Source of the DNA: Alphaproteobacteria bacterium
Lineage (GTDB): Bacteria > Pseudomonadota > Alphaproteobacteria > MPNO01 > UBA830
Assembly: GCA_965221485.1 (NCBI GenBank)
Contig: OZ244893.1
Location: 3,515,726-3,579,725 of the forward strand
Direction of reading: 5' to 3'
Length of the DNA: 64,000 bases
Under the pieces are notes generated by a model that saw nothing but the letters and a program-made list of their open reading frames with translations, was not told the DNA's origin and ran no database searches. Numbering within the stretch: position 1 is the stretch's first letter; every line of letters begins with the position of its first letter. The position numbers and the translations under genes were made by a program. Positions 1 through 10,241 of the stretch are shown here, piece by piece.

Positions 1-214
1 CGGAGTTCTCATGGTCAGCCACGACCTGCATGCTGTCATGAGTACGGCGGATCGGGTGATTGGCCTGAAGGGGATTATCCGGTGTGAAGGACCGCCGATG
101 GTCGTTGTATCGAGCGCCGAATACCACGAGCTGTTCGGCGATGCGGAGGCCTGTGCCCTCCCGCTCTGTTTCCACGAGGAAGGCAACATTCAGCAGTCCC
201 CGGAGTCATGCTAG
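1..214 (+). CDS. znuC: Zinc ABC transporter ATP-binding protein ZnuC; only the C-terminal end is in the window, the 5' part lies upstream
   Basis: The C-terminal motif '...VSHDLHAVMSTADRVIGL...' is typical of ZnuC. The stop overlaps the start of the downstream permease gene. Confidence 0.7.
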   Translation, partial: GVLMVSHDLHAVMSTADRVIGLKGIIRCEGPPMVVVSSAEYHELFGDAEACALPLCFHEEGNIQQSPESC

Positions 215-1017
215 ACGACTTCATCCTGCGTGCGAGTCTCGCAGGTATTGGCACAGCGCTGGCTGCCGGACCGCTTGGCTGCTTTGTGGTCTGGAAGCGG
301 ATCGCCTATTTCGGCGATGCAACAGCCCATTCGGCGATTCTGGGCGTTGCGATCTCTCTCATGTTTTCAATATCAACCGTGGTCGGGGTCCTCGCTGCCG
401 CCATCGTCATGGCGATTATTGTTTCCACGCTGGCCGGACGAGGTCTGGCCATGGATACACTGCTCGGTGTTGCGGCCCATGCCGGCCTCGCCATTGGTAT
501 CGTAGCTGTCGCTCTCTCCTCGCCGCGTGCCATCGATATCGAAGCCTACCTTTTCGGCGATTTGCTAACGGTGACACGATCAGACCTGGTGGTGGTCTGG
601 TGCGGTGCAGCGGTGGTGCTCGGCCTGATTATCTGGCGCTGGTCGGCGCTGCTCACGGCAACGATCAGCTCTGAGCTCGCACGTGGCGACAATATCAACC
701 CGGAACGGGAACAGCTGATCCTGACCCTCGCGCTTGCAGTTCTGGTTGCCGTATCGATAAAAGTGGTGGGAGTGCTGCTGATTACAGCCATGTTGATCCT
801 GCCGGCCGCTGCTGCCCGTGCGTTCTCCAACACACCCGAGCGAATGGCCATGGGTGCCGCGCTTGTCGGGGTTGCCTCGGTGCTTCTGGGCCTTGCCGCC
901 TCGTGGCAATGGGATACGCCGACCGGCCCGACCATCGTGACGGTCGCAGTCCTTTTCTTTGCCGTTTCCTGTTCCTTCGGGTTCCTGCGCCGGTCAACCG
1001 GCCGAACGGAGATGTGA
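208..1017 (+). CDS. znuB: Zinc ABC transporter permease ZnuB
   Basis: 269-aa polytopic membrane protein with ZnuB-type N-terminus MLDDFILRA..LAGIG..GPLGCFVVWKR. It overlaps the znuC stop, which suggests translational coupling. Confidence 0.85.
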   Translation: MLDDFILRASLAGIGTALAAGPLGCFVVWKRIAYFGDATAHSAILGVAISLMFSISTVVGVLAAAIVMAIIVSTLAGRGLAMDTLLGVAAHAGLAIGIVAVALSSPRAIDIEAYLFGDLLTVTRSDLVVVWCGAAVVLGLIIWRWSALLTATISSELARGDNINPEREQLILTLALAVLVAVSIKVVGVLLITAMLILPAAAARAFSNTPERMAMGAALVGVASVLLGLAASWQWDTPTGPTIVTVAVLFFAVSCSFGFLRRSTGRTEM

Positions 1018-1023
1018 AGGACC

Positions 1024-2020
1024 CATGAGCGGCCCGGGCAGTATTCACCACAGTCACAAGAGTGAGAGCCGGGACGGGCATCATCATGGCATTTCGGGCG
1101 CTCATGATCAGGCACTGAGGTCGGCCAGCAAGCGAAGCCTTACGGCCGCACTGGCGCTGATTTCGTGCTTCATGGTGGCCGAGGTCGTGGGCGGATTGCT
1201 TTCAGGCAGTCTGGCCTTGCTGGCGGATGCCGGTCATATGCTGACGGACTCGGCTGCGATCGCGCTTGCGCTGCTCGCCATGGTTCTGGGTGCTCGGGCC
1301 TATACCGCCGAGCGAACCTACGGCTATGAACGGCTCGAAATCCTCGCAGCGCTGGTCAATGTGCTCGTCCTCTGGCTCATTGCGTTGGCGGTGATCTGGG
1401 AAGCCTTGCAGCGTCTCTCCGAGCCTCCCGTGATCCAGGCACCGATCGTGGTTGCGGTGGGTTCGGTGGGGCTCGCTGTCAATGTTGCTGCGGCGTTGAT
1501 CCTGCACAAATCGGCAAAACACAGCATCAATGTCGCGGGAGCTTTCGCGCATGTGCTCGCGGATCTCGCGGGATCTCTGGGAGTTCTCATTGCAGGCACC
1601 CTGGTCTGGGCCTTCGGCTGGATGATTGCCGATCCCATCGTCAGTCTGTGTGTCGGTGTCCTGATCCTGGGAAGCACCTGGAACCTGTTGTACCGAGTGG
1701 TGAATGTCCTGCTTGAAGGCGCGCCCGAGCATGTCGATATTCCCGAACTCTGTGCGCGATTGCAGGCGCTGGACGGTGTGGTCTTCGTGCATGACATTCA
1801 TGCATGGACCCTTTCTCCCGGTAATGACGCCTTGACTGCGCATGTCCTTGTCGACCCTGACTATCAGGGCGACACGGATGCCCTGTTGCAGCAGATACGC
1901 ATAATCGCTTCACGCGATTTCAACATCCAGCACATTACAATCCAGATCGAGCGTTCCGCCGAGAACTGCACCGAACGTCACCACTTTGATCACCTGTCGG
2001 CAGACGTCAGCCGTTCCTGA
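1024..2020 (+). CDS. Cation diffusion facilitator (CzcD/ZitB-type Zn/Co/Cd efflux)
   Basis: His-rich N-terminus, CDF signature 'SLALLADAGHMLTD', six TM helices and a C-terminal cytoplasmic domain. The ATG at 1024 is preferred over ORF start 959 because of the upstream GAAGGA and to avoid overlap with znuB. Confidence 0.8.
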
Positions 2021-2021
2021 A

Positions 2022-4811
2022 TCACGGTCTTTCGGAACCCAGCGATGCGGGATCGCGATCCGTGATGGATGTCATGGGGTCCTCCTGCGCATCCTGCATC
2101 AGGCGCTTCAGCCGGTAGAGCAGGTCGAGGGCATCACGCGGAGACAGCTCGTCCGGATTGATTTCGGAAAGCTCATGCTCGACGGCCGAAGGCTTGCTTT
2201 CCCTGGGTGCGGCCCGCGTCGTTGAAAACAAGGGAAGATCTGCTGCCAGATCGGCCAGCTTGCCCGAACGTTCTTCCTGTTCCAGTACCTCCAGCACCTC
2301 TTTCGCCCGCGCGATCACCACGGAAGGAAGCCCCGCCAGTTTTGCGACATGAATCCCGTAGGACTGGTTGGCTGTGCCGGAAATGACCTCGTGCAGGAAC
2401 ACCACCTCGTTTCTCCATTCCTTGACGCGCATGGTCTGGCAGGAGAGGGAATCAAGCCGACTGGTCAGCGATGTCAGCTCGTGAAAATGGGTGGCGAACA
2501 GGGCGCGGCAGCGATTGATATCGTGCAGATGTTCAAGCGCCGCCCAGGCAATGGACAACCCGTCAAACGTTGCCGTCCCCCGGCCGATTTCATCGAGAAT
2601 GACAAGGGAACGGGATGTGGCCTGATTGAGAATGGCTGCCGTTTCGACCATCTCCACCATGAATGTGGATCGCCCCCGCGCCAGGTCGTCGGCGGCTCCG
2701 ACGCGGCTGAACAGCCGGTCCACAATTCCCAGCCGTGCCTCGTCTGCGGGCACGAATGATCCCATCTGCGCCAATATGGAGATCAGCGCGTTCTGTCTCA
2801 GAAACGTTGACTTGCCGGCCATGTTGGGTCCGGTGACAAGCCATAACCGGCGGTCTTCGGCGAGATCGCAGTCGTTGGCAACGAATGCGTCGGCCGCCTC
2901 CGCCAGGTTTGCTGCCTCGACAACGGGATGCCGACCGCCCTTGACCTGAAAACCGGTGCTGTCCTCGATCATTGGCCGCACATACCGGCGTTCCATCGAA
3001 AGGACCGCCAGCCCGGCCGAGACATCAAGCACACAAAGGGCGGCTGCGGTAGCGGAAATCGCTTCGGCATTTTCCGCAACTTCGGTCGCCAGAGCCTCGA
3101 ACAATGATAATTCCAGAGAAAGCGCCCGTTCTCCCGCCTGGGCCAGTCGGCCCTCGAGATCGGCCAGTTCTGTGGTCGTGTAGCGAACCGAGTTGGCAAG
3201 TGTCTGGCGATGAATAAACGGGCTGTCGACGGCCTTGGGCATGTTTTCGACCTGCACCGCTGTCACCTCGATGAAATATCCCAGCACGTTGTTGTGACGA
3301 ATCTTCAGAGATGTGATTCCGGTTTCCCCGACATAACGGGCCTGCAGCTCGGCGATGTGCCTCCGGCTGGCATCCCGCAAGGACCGGAGTTCGTCCAGTT
3401 CCCCGGACCATAGCGCGCGTATGAAGTCGCCGTCACGCACGGCGATCGGCAAGTCATCGTCGAGCGCTGCGCACAGTCGGTCTCGGACCTGATCGTGGCC
3501 ATTCAGGGCCGCAACCGCCTCATTGATTTCCCTGGGCAGGGTATCAGTAGCGGCCAGTATTTCCCGGATTTCCGCTGCTGCTGCCAGCCCGTCGCGAATG
3601 GCTGCCAGATCTCTTGGGCCGCCGCGTCCCAGTGCCAGGCGCGACAGGGAACGGCTGATGTCGGGGATTGCGGCCATGCGCGTTCGAATCTCTTCGCACT
3701 GCGGTCTCCGTGCCACCAGCCATGACACGGAATCGAGTCGCGCCGTGATCTCCTCCACATTGGTCAGTGGAGCCGCAAGCCGGGCTGCAAGGAGGCGGCT
3801 GCCCGCTCCACTGACGGTTCGGTCGATGACAGAAAGGAGAGAACCGGCCCTGTCACCGCCCAGTGTTCGAACAAGTTCGAGATTGCGTCGCGTTGCGGCA
3901 TCGATTTCCATGACCGATCCCTGGGCCAGCCGCCGCAACGGCTGCAGGCGAGGCATGCGCCCCTTCTGGGTCTCGGCGACATACTGAAGAACGGCACCGC
4001 TGGCGGACAGCTCGGCCCGGCTGAAATCGCCAAAGGCATCCAATGACCTGACCTCAAGGATCCCTTCCAGTTGTCGGCGCGCGGCCTCGCTGTCAAACGC
4101 ACTGTCGGGGAGGGTCCTGACTGCCTCTCCGTGATCGACCAGGGCCGCGTCAAGCTCAGGCCGGGAAACCAGCCGCTCCGGGACAAGAAGTTCTCCCGGC
4201 TCGATTCGCGCGAGGGCAGACGACAGTTCCTTTTCGCTTCGCGGATGACAGAAAAACTCTCCGGTCGAAATATCAAGCCAGGCCAGACCAAACTTTCCTT
4301 CGGCGCTTGCGAGGGCCGCCAGATAGTTGTGGCGGCGCTGATCAAGCAGGGTTTCCTCGATCACGGTTCCCGGCGTAATGACGCGCCGCACTTCGCGCTT
4401 CACCACCGACTTCGATCCGCGTCGCCGGGCCTCCGCAGGATCCTCAGTCTGCTCGCATACGGCGACCCGGAAACCCTTGCGGATCAAGCGTGCGAGATAG
4501 GTGTCAGCGGAATGGACCGGTACACCACACATGGGGATGTCCATATCCTTGTGCTTGCCGCGACGGGTCAAGGCGATATCGAGGACGGGCGCCGCCTTTT
4601 CCGCGTCCTCGAAGAACATTTCGTAAAAGTCGCCCATGCGATAGAACAGAAGGGTATCGGGATGCGCTTCCTTGATATCAAGATACTGACGCATCATCGG
4701 GCTTGCCGTTCCGGCAAGCGACCGGTTCCCGGATGCACCGTCCGGCCTGCCGGTATCGGGCGGACGGTGACCGGGGTCTGTCTGCTTCGCGATGTCGTTG
4801 GACTGAACCAC
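2022..4811 (-). CDS. mutS: DNA mismatch repair protein MutS
   Basis: 929 aa with the MutS N-terminal mismatch-binding domain (GDFYEMFFEDA), a Walker A motif (GPNMAGKST) and a C-terminal dimerisation region. The start may be an internal Met, since the first 35 aa are a low-complexity extension. Confidence 0.95.
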   Translation of the reverse strand: MVQSNDIAKQTDPGHRPPDTGRPDGASGNRSLAGTASPMMRQYLDIKEAHPDTLLFYRMGDFYEMFFEDAEKAAPVLDIALTRRGKHKDMDIPMCGVPVHSADTYLARLIRKGFRVAVCEQTEDPAEARRRGSKSVVKREVRRVITPGTVIEETLLDQRRHNYLAALASAEGKFGLAWLDISTGEFFCHPRSEKELSSALARIEPGELLVPERLVSRPELDAALVDHGEAVRTLPDSAFDSEAARRQLEGILEVRSLDAFGDFSRAELSASGAVLQYVAETQKGRMPRLQPLRRLAQGSVMEIDAATRRNLELVRTLGGDRAGSLLSVIDRTVSGAGSRLLAARLAAPLTNVEEITARLDSVSWLVARRPQCEEIRTRMAAIPDISRSLSRLALGRGGPRDLAAIRDGLAAAAEIREILAATDTLPREINEAVAALNGHDQVRDRLCAALDDDLPIAVRDGDFIRALWSGELDELRSLRDASRRHIAELQARYVGETGITSLKIRHNNVLGYFIEVTAVQVENMPKAVDSPFIHRQTLANSVRYTTTELADLEGRLAQAGERALSLELSLFEALATEVAENAEAISATAAALCVLDVSAGLAVLSMERRYVRPMIEDSTGFQVKGGRHPVVEAANLAEAADAFVANDCDLAEDRRLWLVTGPNMAGKSTFLRQNALISILAQMGSFVPADEARLGIVDRLFSRVGAADDLARGRSTFMVEMVETAAILNQATSRSLVILDEIGRGTATFDGLSIAWAALEHLHDINRCRALFATHFHELTSLTSRLDSLSCQTMRVKEWRNEVVFLHEVISGTANQSYGIHVAKLAGLPSVVIARAKEVLEVLEQEERSGKLADLAADLPLFSTTRAAPRESKPSAVEHELSEINPDELSPRDALDLLYRLKRLMQDAQEDPMTSITDRDPASLGSERP

Positions 4812-4974
4812 GGCCCGAGCCTAACACATGGGTGCGACGATGAGGACGCCCCGGCGCCGCTGAAGAACAGCCTTGTCCTGATCGAAGCGTCAGACGCCGG
4901 ACAGGGCAGATGTTGGAGCAAGGGTGTTTCCGCTATATCCTGAACGCGTCAGCAGCCGGAGATCCGACCACATC

Positions 4975-7260
4975 ATGACCGAACACGCCTATACAGATCT
5001 TGACCGGGACGCCCTGGCCATGCACCGCGCCTACCCACCGGGCAAGATTGAAGTTGTTCCTACCAAAGCCCTGACCACACAGCTGGATCTGGCTCTTGCC
5101 TATTCCCCGGGGGTGGCCGCGCCTTGCCTGGAAATCAAGCGTGATCCTGCGACGGCTTACGAATACACCGCCAAGGGCAATCTGGTAGCCGTGGTATCGA
5201 ACGGAACGGCGGTCCTTGGCCTCGGCAACCTCGGCGGTCTGGCCTCGAAGCCGGTCATGGAAGGAAAGGCCGTACTCTTCAAGCGGTTTGCCGATGTCGA
5301 TTCGATTGACCTCGAAGTCGACACCGAAGACCCCGACGAGTTCGTCAATTGTGTCCGCCACCTCGGACGATCGTTTGGTGGAATCAACCTGGAGGATATT
5401 CGTGCCCCGGACTGTTTCGTTATCGAGAGCCGTCTCAGGGAGGTCATGGACATTCCGGTTTTTCACGACGATCAGCACGGAACTGCCATCATCGCGACGG
5501 CCGGTCTGATCAATGCGCTCGAGCTGACTGGCCGCGATATCCGCACGACAACCCTGGTCGTGAATGGAGCCGGCGCGGCGGGGATAGCCTGTGTCGAACT
5601 GCTCAAGGCTTTCGGCATGCCCGCCGACCATATCATTCTCTGCGATACGCGCGGCGTGATTTATCGGGGTCGGGAAGCCGGCATGAACCAGTGGAAGATG
5701 GCTCATGCCGTGGACACGCCTGCGCGGTCGCTGGCCGATGCCCTGCGCGGTGCTGATGTTTTCTTCGGACTGTCAATAGCAGGGGCGGTCGATGGTGACA
5801 TGGTTCGGTCGATGGCAGACAAACCCATTATTTTCGCCATGGCCAACCCTGATCCGGAAATCAGGCCGGAAGAGGCTCGCAGCATTCGCGACGATGTGAT
5901 CATAGCCACCGGGCGATCGGACTATCCCAATCAGGTGAATAACGTACTCGGATTTCCCTACATCTTCAGGGGAGCGCTTGACGTGCGGGCCCGGACCATC
6001 AACGAAGACATGAAAATCGCCGCGGCGCGCGCACTGGCAGGGCTGGCGAGGGATGATGTTCCGGACGAGGTCGCGGCCGCCTATTCCGGCCGCAGACTGC
6101 GCTTCGGGCCAGACTACATCATCCCGGTGCCGTTCGATCCACGGCTGATTTCGGAGGTGCCTCCCGCCGTTGCCCGAGCGGCTGTCGAAAGTGGTGTGGC
6201 GCGCATGCCGATGCCTGACCTCGATTCCTATCAGGTCCAGCTTTCGGCACGGCTCGATCCCACAGTGTCCATGCTGCAGGCGATCAATGCCGAAGTCCGG
6301 GCCAATCCGCGGCGAATCGGTTTCGCCGAAGGTGAGGAGGAAACCACGATCCGCGCGGCCGTGGCGTTTTCCAATTCGGGTCTCGGAACCCCTGTGCTCA
6401 TCGGGCATGAATCCAGAATTCGATCGACCATAAGGCGGCTGGGGATGACCGGAACTGATGGCATCGAGATCCAGAATGCGCGTCTGTCTCGCGGTAACCG
6501 TCATTACATCGAATATCTGTACAGGCGTCTTCAGCGACAGGGTTATCTCTATCGTGACTGTCAGAGGCTGGTTCACCAGGACCGGAATGCGTTCTCCGCC
6601 TGTATGGTGGTTCACGGTGACATCGATGCGATGGTTACGGGTCTCTCACGCAGCTATGCGGTGAGCTATGGAGACATCCGACGTGCGATTGATCCTCTTC
6701 CGGGCCATGAAGTCTTCGGACTCGAGATGGTGATGTCGCGGGGGCGCACGGTCTTTATTGCCGACACATCGATCAATCCCCGACCTGATGGTCCACAGTT
6801 GGCACGAATTGCCCGGCAGTGCGCTGCGAAGGCGCGGGCCATGGGCCACGAACCGATTGTTGCGTTTCTCTCCTACGCCAATTTCGGCAATCCTCCCGGA
6901 GCACTCGACGAGCATGTTCGGGACGCGGTGGCCATTCTCGACCAGGAAGGGGCCGACTTCGAATATGATGGAGAAATGACGCCGGATGTTGCGCTCGACA
7001 TGAACCTGAGGCCGGTGTACCCGTTTTGCCGACTGAGTGGCCCGGCCAACGTCCTTGTGATGCCCGGCCTTCATGCGGCGTCCATTGCTTCGAGGTTTCT
7101 CCACAAGCTTGGAGGCGGAACCGTTATCGGACCGTTGCTGATGGGATTGCAACGCAGCGTGCAGATCGCGCCGATGAGCGCGAATGATGCAGAGCTGGTA
7201 AATTTTGCGACCATGGCCGCCTATGACTCCCTGGCGATCAACGGTCGGGAAAATTCTTGA
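4975..7260 (+). CDS. maeB: NADP-dependent malic enzyme with C-terminal phosphotransacetylase-like domain (MaeB type)
   Basis: Malic-enzyme N-terminal and NAD(P)-binding domains (GTAVLGLGNLG, NGAGAAGIA) followed by a PTA-like domain. ATG 4975 is preceded by GGAGAT. Confidence 0.9.
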   Translation: MTEHAYTDLDRDALAMHRAYPPGKIEVVPTKALTTQLDLALAYSPGVAAPCLEIKRDPATAYEYTAKGNLVAVVSNGTAVLGLGNLGGLASKPVMEGKAVLFKRFADVDSIDLEVDTEDPDEFVNCVRHLGRSFGGINLEDIRAPDCFVIESRLREVMDIPVFHDDQHGTAIIATAGLINALELTGRDIRTTTLVVNGAGAAGIACVELLKAFGMPADHIILCDTRGVIYRGREAGMNQWKMAHAVDTPARSLADALRGADVFFGLSIAGAVDGDMVRSMADKPIIFAMANPDPEIRPEEARSIRDDVIIATGRSDYPNQVNNVLGFPYIFRGALDVRARTINEDMKIAAARALAGLARDDVPDEVAAAYSGRRLRFGPDYIIPVPFDPRLISEVPPAVARAAVESGVARMPMPDLDSYQVQLSARLDPTVSMLQAINAEVRANPRRIGFAEGEEETTIRAAVAFSNSGLGTPVLIGHESRIRSTIRRLGMTGTDGIEIQNARLSRGNRHYIEYLYRRLQRQGYLYRDCQRLVHQDRNAFSACMVVHGDIDAMVTGLSRSYAVSYGDIRRAIDPLPGHEVFGLEMVMSRGRTVFIADTSINPRPDGPQLARIARQCAAKARAMGHEPIVAFLSYANFGNPPGALDEHVRDAVAILDQEGADFEYDGEMTPDVALDMNLRPVYPFCRLSGPANVLVMPGLHAASIASRFLHKLGGGTVIGPLLMGLQRSVQIAPMSANDAELVNFATMAAYDSLAINGRENS

Positions 7261-7285
7261 ACCGTGGATTTGGTAGATCGGGAGC

Positions 7286-8767
7286 GTGTCTGACGACCTG
7301 GATCCGAGGGAAACGGATGCGTCGCAAGGGGTGCATGTTCCGCTCGCGCGCATGGTTGCGCTCGCGATTCTTCTGGCAGCGACACCGGTTCTCGCGCTTT
7401 TTGCACTCGCCGGACTTGAGCTTCTCGGGTGGCACGCGGCCGTCATCGTCTCCCTGGTCTGTCTGGCCAGCGCGATGCTGGTGGCGAGACGTGGCCTCCA
7501 CGACATCTATGGCGTCAAGCAGTTCTGTGAGCGCCTGGCCCGTGCAAGTGATACGGGCGAGATTGCGGCGTGGCAGGGGGCACGCCTGTTTCCCGAACTC
7601 TCGGACGCCGCCTATCATCTGCGCCGGGCCTGGGTCAGGGAACGCCGTCATCTCCAGGACAGAGCGGTGTCGGCGGAAGCGATTTTCGAGGACCTGCCCT
7701 CCTCCCTGATTCTGATCAACCAGGATCGCCAGATTTCCCATGCCACCGCCGGCGCGGTCGCATTGCTGGGCGAGATATCGCTGGGGCGGGACCTGTCGTC
7801 GTTGCTGCGAAACCCGGAAGTTCTGGAAGCAGCCGATCGTGTTCTTGCGAATGGCGAGGCCGAACTTGTAGAGTTCGACGGCCAGTTCCCTGCCGAAAAG
7901 ACCCTCACTGCTTTTTTTCAACGCCTGCCGCAGAGCCAGATGGAGGGCGTGCGGGTGGTGCTCTCCCTGTCCGATGTCACCCAGCTGAAACATATCCAAC
8001 AGGTCAGAACAGACTTCGTTGCCAATGTCAGTCACGAACTGAAGACGCCGCTGGCTGTGGTTGGCGCCTGCATCGAAACCCTTCAGGGCAAGGCGCGCGA
8101 TGATTTCGAAGCCAGGCGCAGGTTCACCGACATGATTGCGACCCATGTCAATCGCATGGTGTCCCTGATCGAGGATCTTCTGTCCCTGTCCCGGATCGAA
8201 CTGAACGAAAGTATGGCGCCGACCGAGCCGGTTCCACTCCGTGAACTGCTGTCGCGAGTGGTGGAAGAACTGGAAGTGCCGGCCCAGAAGCGAACCATCG
8301 ACATTCGTCTCGAGTGGCACTCGGGACCGAGCACAATTCCGGGCGACGAGAACGAGATGTCGCAGGTCTTTCGCAACCTTGTCGAAAATGCCGTCAGATA
8401 TGGCCGGGAAAACTCGGAAGTCCGCCTCACCACCCGGTTTCTGCCCGATAACGACGCCGGGCCCGGTGAGACGGATCCGGTCGGCGTTGAAATCGAAATC
8501 ACCGATCACGGTCCGGGAATCCCTGCCCACCACATCCCCAGACTTACGGAGCGTTTTTACCGGGTTGATGCGGCGAGATCGCGTGAAATGGGTGGAACCG
8601 GATTGGGGCTGGCGATCGTCAAGCACGTTCTCAATCGCCATCGGGGGCGTCTTCTGATCGAGTCCGTTGAGGGCCAGGGCAGCAGCTTTGCTGTTCAGTT
8701 GCCGGTATCCGACAACGCGGTTCTCCCCGCGCAGGAACCCCGGCCAGGACGTGTGATCGTCACATAA
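7286..8767 (+). CDS. phoR: Phosphate regulon sensor histidine kinase PhoR
   Basis: N-terminal TM segments, a PAS-like region, H-box 'SHELKTPLAVV' and a HATPase_c domain (GTGLGLAIVKH). It sits directly upstream of pstCAB-phoU-phoB. Confidence 0.85.
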   Translation: MSDDLDPRETDASQGVHVPLARMVALAILLAATPVLALFALAGLELLGWHAAVIVSLVCLASAMLVARRGLHDIYGVKQFCERLARASDTGEIAAWQGARLFPELSDAAYHLRRAWVRERRHLQDRAVSAEAIFEDLPSSLILINQDRQISHATAGAVALLGEISLGRDLSSLLRNPEVLEAADRVLANGEAELVEFDGQFPAEKTLTAFFQRLPQSQMEGVRVVLSLSDVTQLKHIQQVRTDFVANVSHELKTPLAVVGACIETLQGKARDDFEARRRFTDMIATHVNRMVSLIEDLLSLSRIELNESMAPTEPVPLRELLSRVVEELEVPAQKRTIDIRLEWHSGPSTIPGDENEMSQVFRNLVENAVRYGRENSEVRLTTRFLPDNDAGPGETDPVGVEIEITDHGPGIPAHHIPRLTERFYRVDAARSREMGGTGLGLAIVKHVLNRHRGRLLIESVEGQGSSFAVQLPVSDNAVLPAQEPRPGRVIVT

Positions 8768-8846
8768 GTTTCACATTCGATTCGTATACTCGTCCCGATC
8801 CGGCAGTCGGCAACCGGGATACAAGTTTTCCGCTCATGAGCAAGCC

Positions 8847-10241
8847 ATGACGCCTTCCCTTTTGTTTTTTCTGCTGATCGTCCTCGGCGTGGCGGGCTAT
8901 TTCATGGGGCGCAAACGGGTTGTTGCCCTTGCCGGCGGTGATCCGCGCGGACTTCATTCGCGCCCGGCCTACCACGGCACATATATCGCTCTCTGGTGCC
9001 TGATTCCGGCGGCAATGGTCGCTGTGGCATGGCTTGTTGCCCAACCCATCCTCCTGGAGCGGCTGGTTATTGCCGGACTTCCCGAGGTCTATCGTGAGCT
9101 CCCTTCAGATCGCCTGGGGCTGCTGCTCAATGATGTGCGTAACCTTGCCGATGGAAACATTGTCAGCCGCACCCTCGATTCCCCGGGCGGCCAGGTCATT
9201 TCCGCTGCCGCCGCTCACCTGACCGAGCTTCGCAAGATTGGTGACAACGCCCTTCTTGCACTGGTCCTGGTTGTCGCGGCCGGCGCCGGACTCCTCAGCC
9301 TTCGGGCCGTGTCTCCGGACCTTCGCTCACGCGATCATGTGGAAACAGCCGTACGCATATTCCTGATTGCCTGCTCGACAATCGCTGTGATCACAACAGT
9401 TGGAATCGTACTGTCGCTGGTCTTCGAATCCATCCGGTTCTTCGGCAAGGTATCGTTCCTGGAATTCCTGTTCGGAATCAAATGGAGCCCCCAGACCGCT
9501 CTGCGCGCGGACCAGGTAGGGGCATCCGGGGCATTTGGTGCGATCCCCCTGTTTGCAGGTACCTTGCTGATCACCGCAATAGCGATGGTGATTGCCGTCC
9601 CCACGGGCCTGTTTTCGGCCATTTACCTGTCGGACTATGCGAATCCCCGGGTTCGTTCGGCGGTAAAACCGATTCTTGAAATTCTTGCCGGCATCCCGAC
9701 CGTGGTGTACGGCTTCTTTGCAGCCCTGACGATGGCGCCTTATCTGCGCAATCTCGGAGACTGGCTGGGTCTCGACGTCGCTTCCGAGAGCGCGTTGGCA
9801 GCCGGGGTCGTGATGGGCATCATGATCATTCCGTTCATCTCGTCGCTTTCGGATGATGTCATCAACGCCGTTCCGCAGTCTCTTCGCGACGGTTCCTATG
9901 CGCTGGGAGCGACCCAGTCGGAGACGATCAAGAAGGTTGTCCTGCCGGCGGCCTTGCCCGGAATCTTTGCGTCGGTTCTGCTGGCGGTGAGCCGGGCCAT
10001 TGGTGAAACGATGATCGTGGTCATGGCGGCCGGGCTTGCTGCCAACCTCACCATCAACCCGTTCGAGGCGGTCACAACCGTTACGGTGCAGATTGTGACC
10101 CTGCTGGTTGGTGATCAGGAATTTGACAGCGCCAAGACGCTGGCGGCCTTTGCGCTCGGGCTGGTCCTGTTCTTTGCCACGTTGACCATGAATGTGATCG
10201 CGCTGCATGTGGTGCGCAAATATCGGGAAAAATATGACTGA
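8847..10241 (+). CDS. pstC: Phosphate ABC transporter permease PstC (long form)
   Basis: Polytopic permease with the ABC-2 EAA-like loop 'SRAIGETMIVVMAAG' and the long N-terminal extension common in alphaproteobacterial PstC. Confidence 0.9.
   Translation: MTPSLLFFLLIVLGVAGYFMGRKRVVALAGGDPRGLHSRPAYHGTYIALWCLIPAAMVAVAWLVAQPILLERLVIAGLPEVYRELPSDRLGLLLNDVRNLADGNIVSRTLDSPGGQVISAAAAHLTELRKIGDNALLALVLVVAAGAGLLSLRAVSPDLRSRDHVETAVRIFLIACSTIAVITTVGIVLSLVFESIRFFGKVSFLEFLFGIKWSPQTALRADQVGASGAFGAIPLFAGTLLITAIAMVIAVPTGLFSAIYLSDYANPRVRSAVKPILEILAGIPTVVYGFFAALTMAPYLRNLGDWLGLDVASESALAAGVVMGIMIIPFISSLSDDVINAVPQSLRDGSYALGATQSETIKKVVLPAALPGIFASVLLAVSRAIGETMIVVMAAGLAANLTINPFEAVTTVTVQIVTLLVGDQEFDSAKTLAAFALGLVLFFATLTMNVIALHVVRKYREKYD

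Noticed and set aside
7238-8641. Long ORFs antisense to annotated genes, for example 7238-8641(-) opposite phoR, 9327-10319(-) opposite pstC, 29247-30557(+) opposite dctP, 32705-33832(+) opposite the Mo-hydroxylase, 39329-40471(-), 58882-60423(+) opposite addB and 61589-62653(+) opposite tsaE
   Set aside because: The translations are Arg/Gly/Pro-rich low-complexity strings with no domain resemblance. They mirror strong, homologous genes on the other strand. These are typical GC-rich shadow ORFs.
8768-8846. Pho box upstream of pstC
   Set aside because: Only weak TTCACA/TTCGTA half-site-like sequences are present and there is no convincing direct-repeat PhoB site. pstC is probably co-transcribed with phoR.
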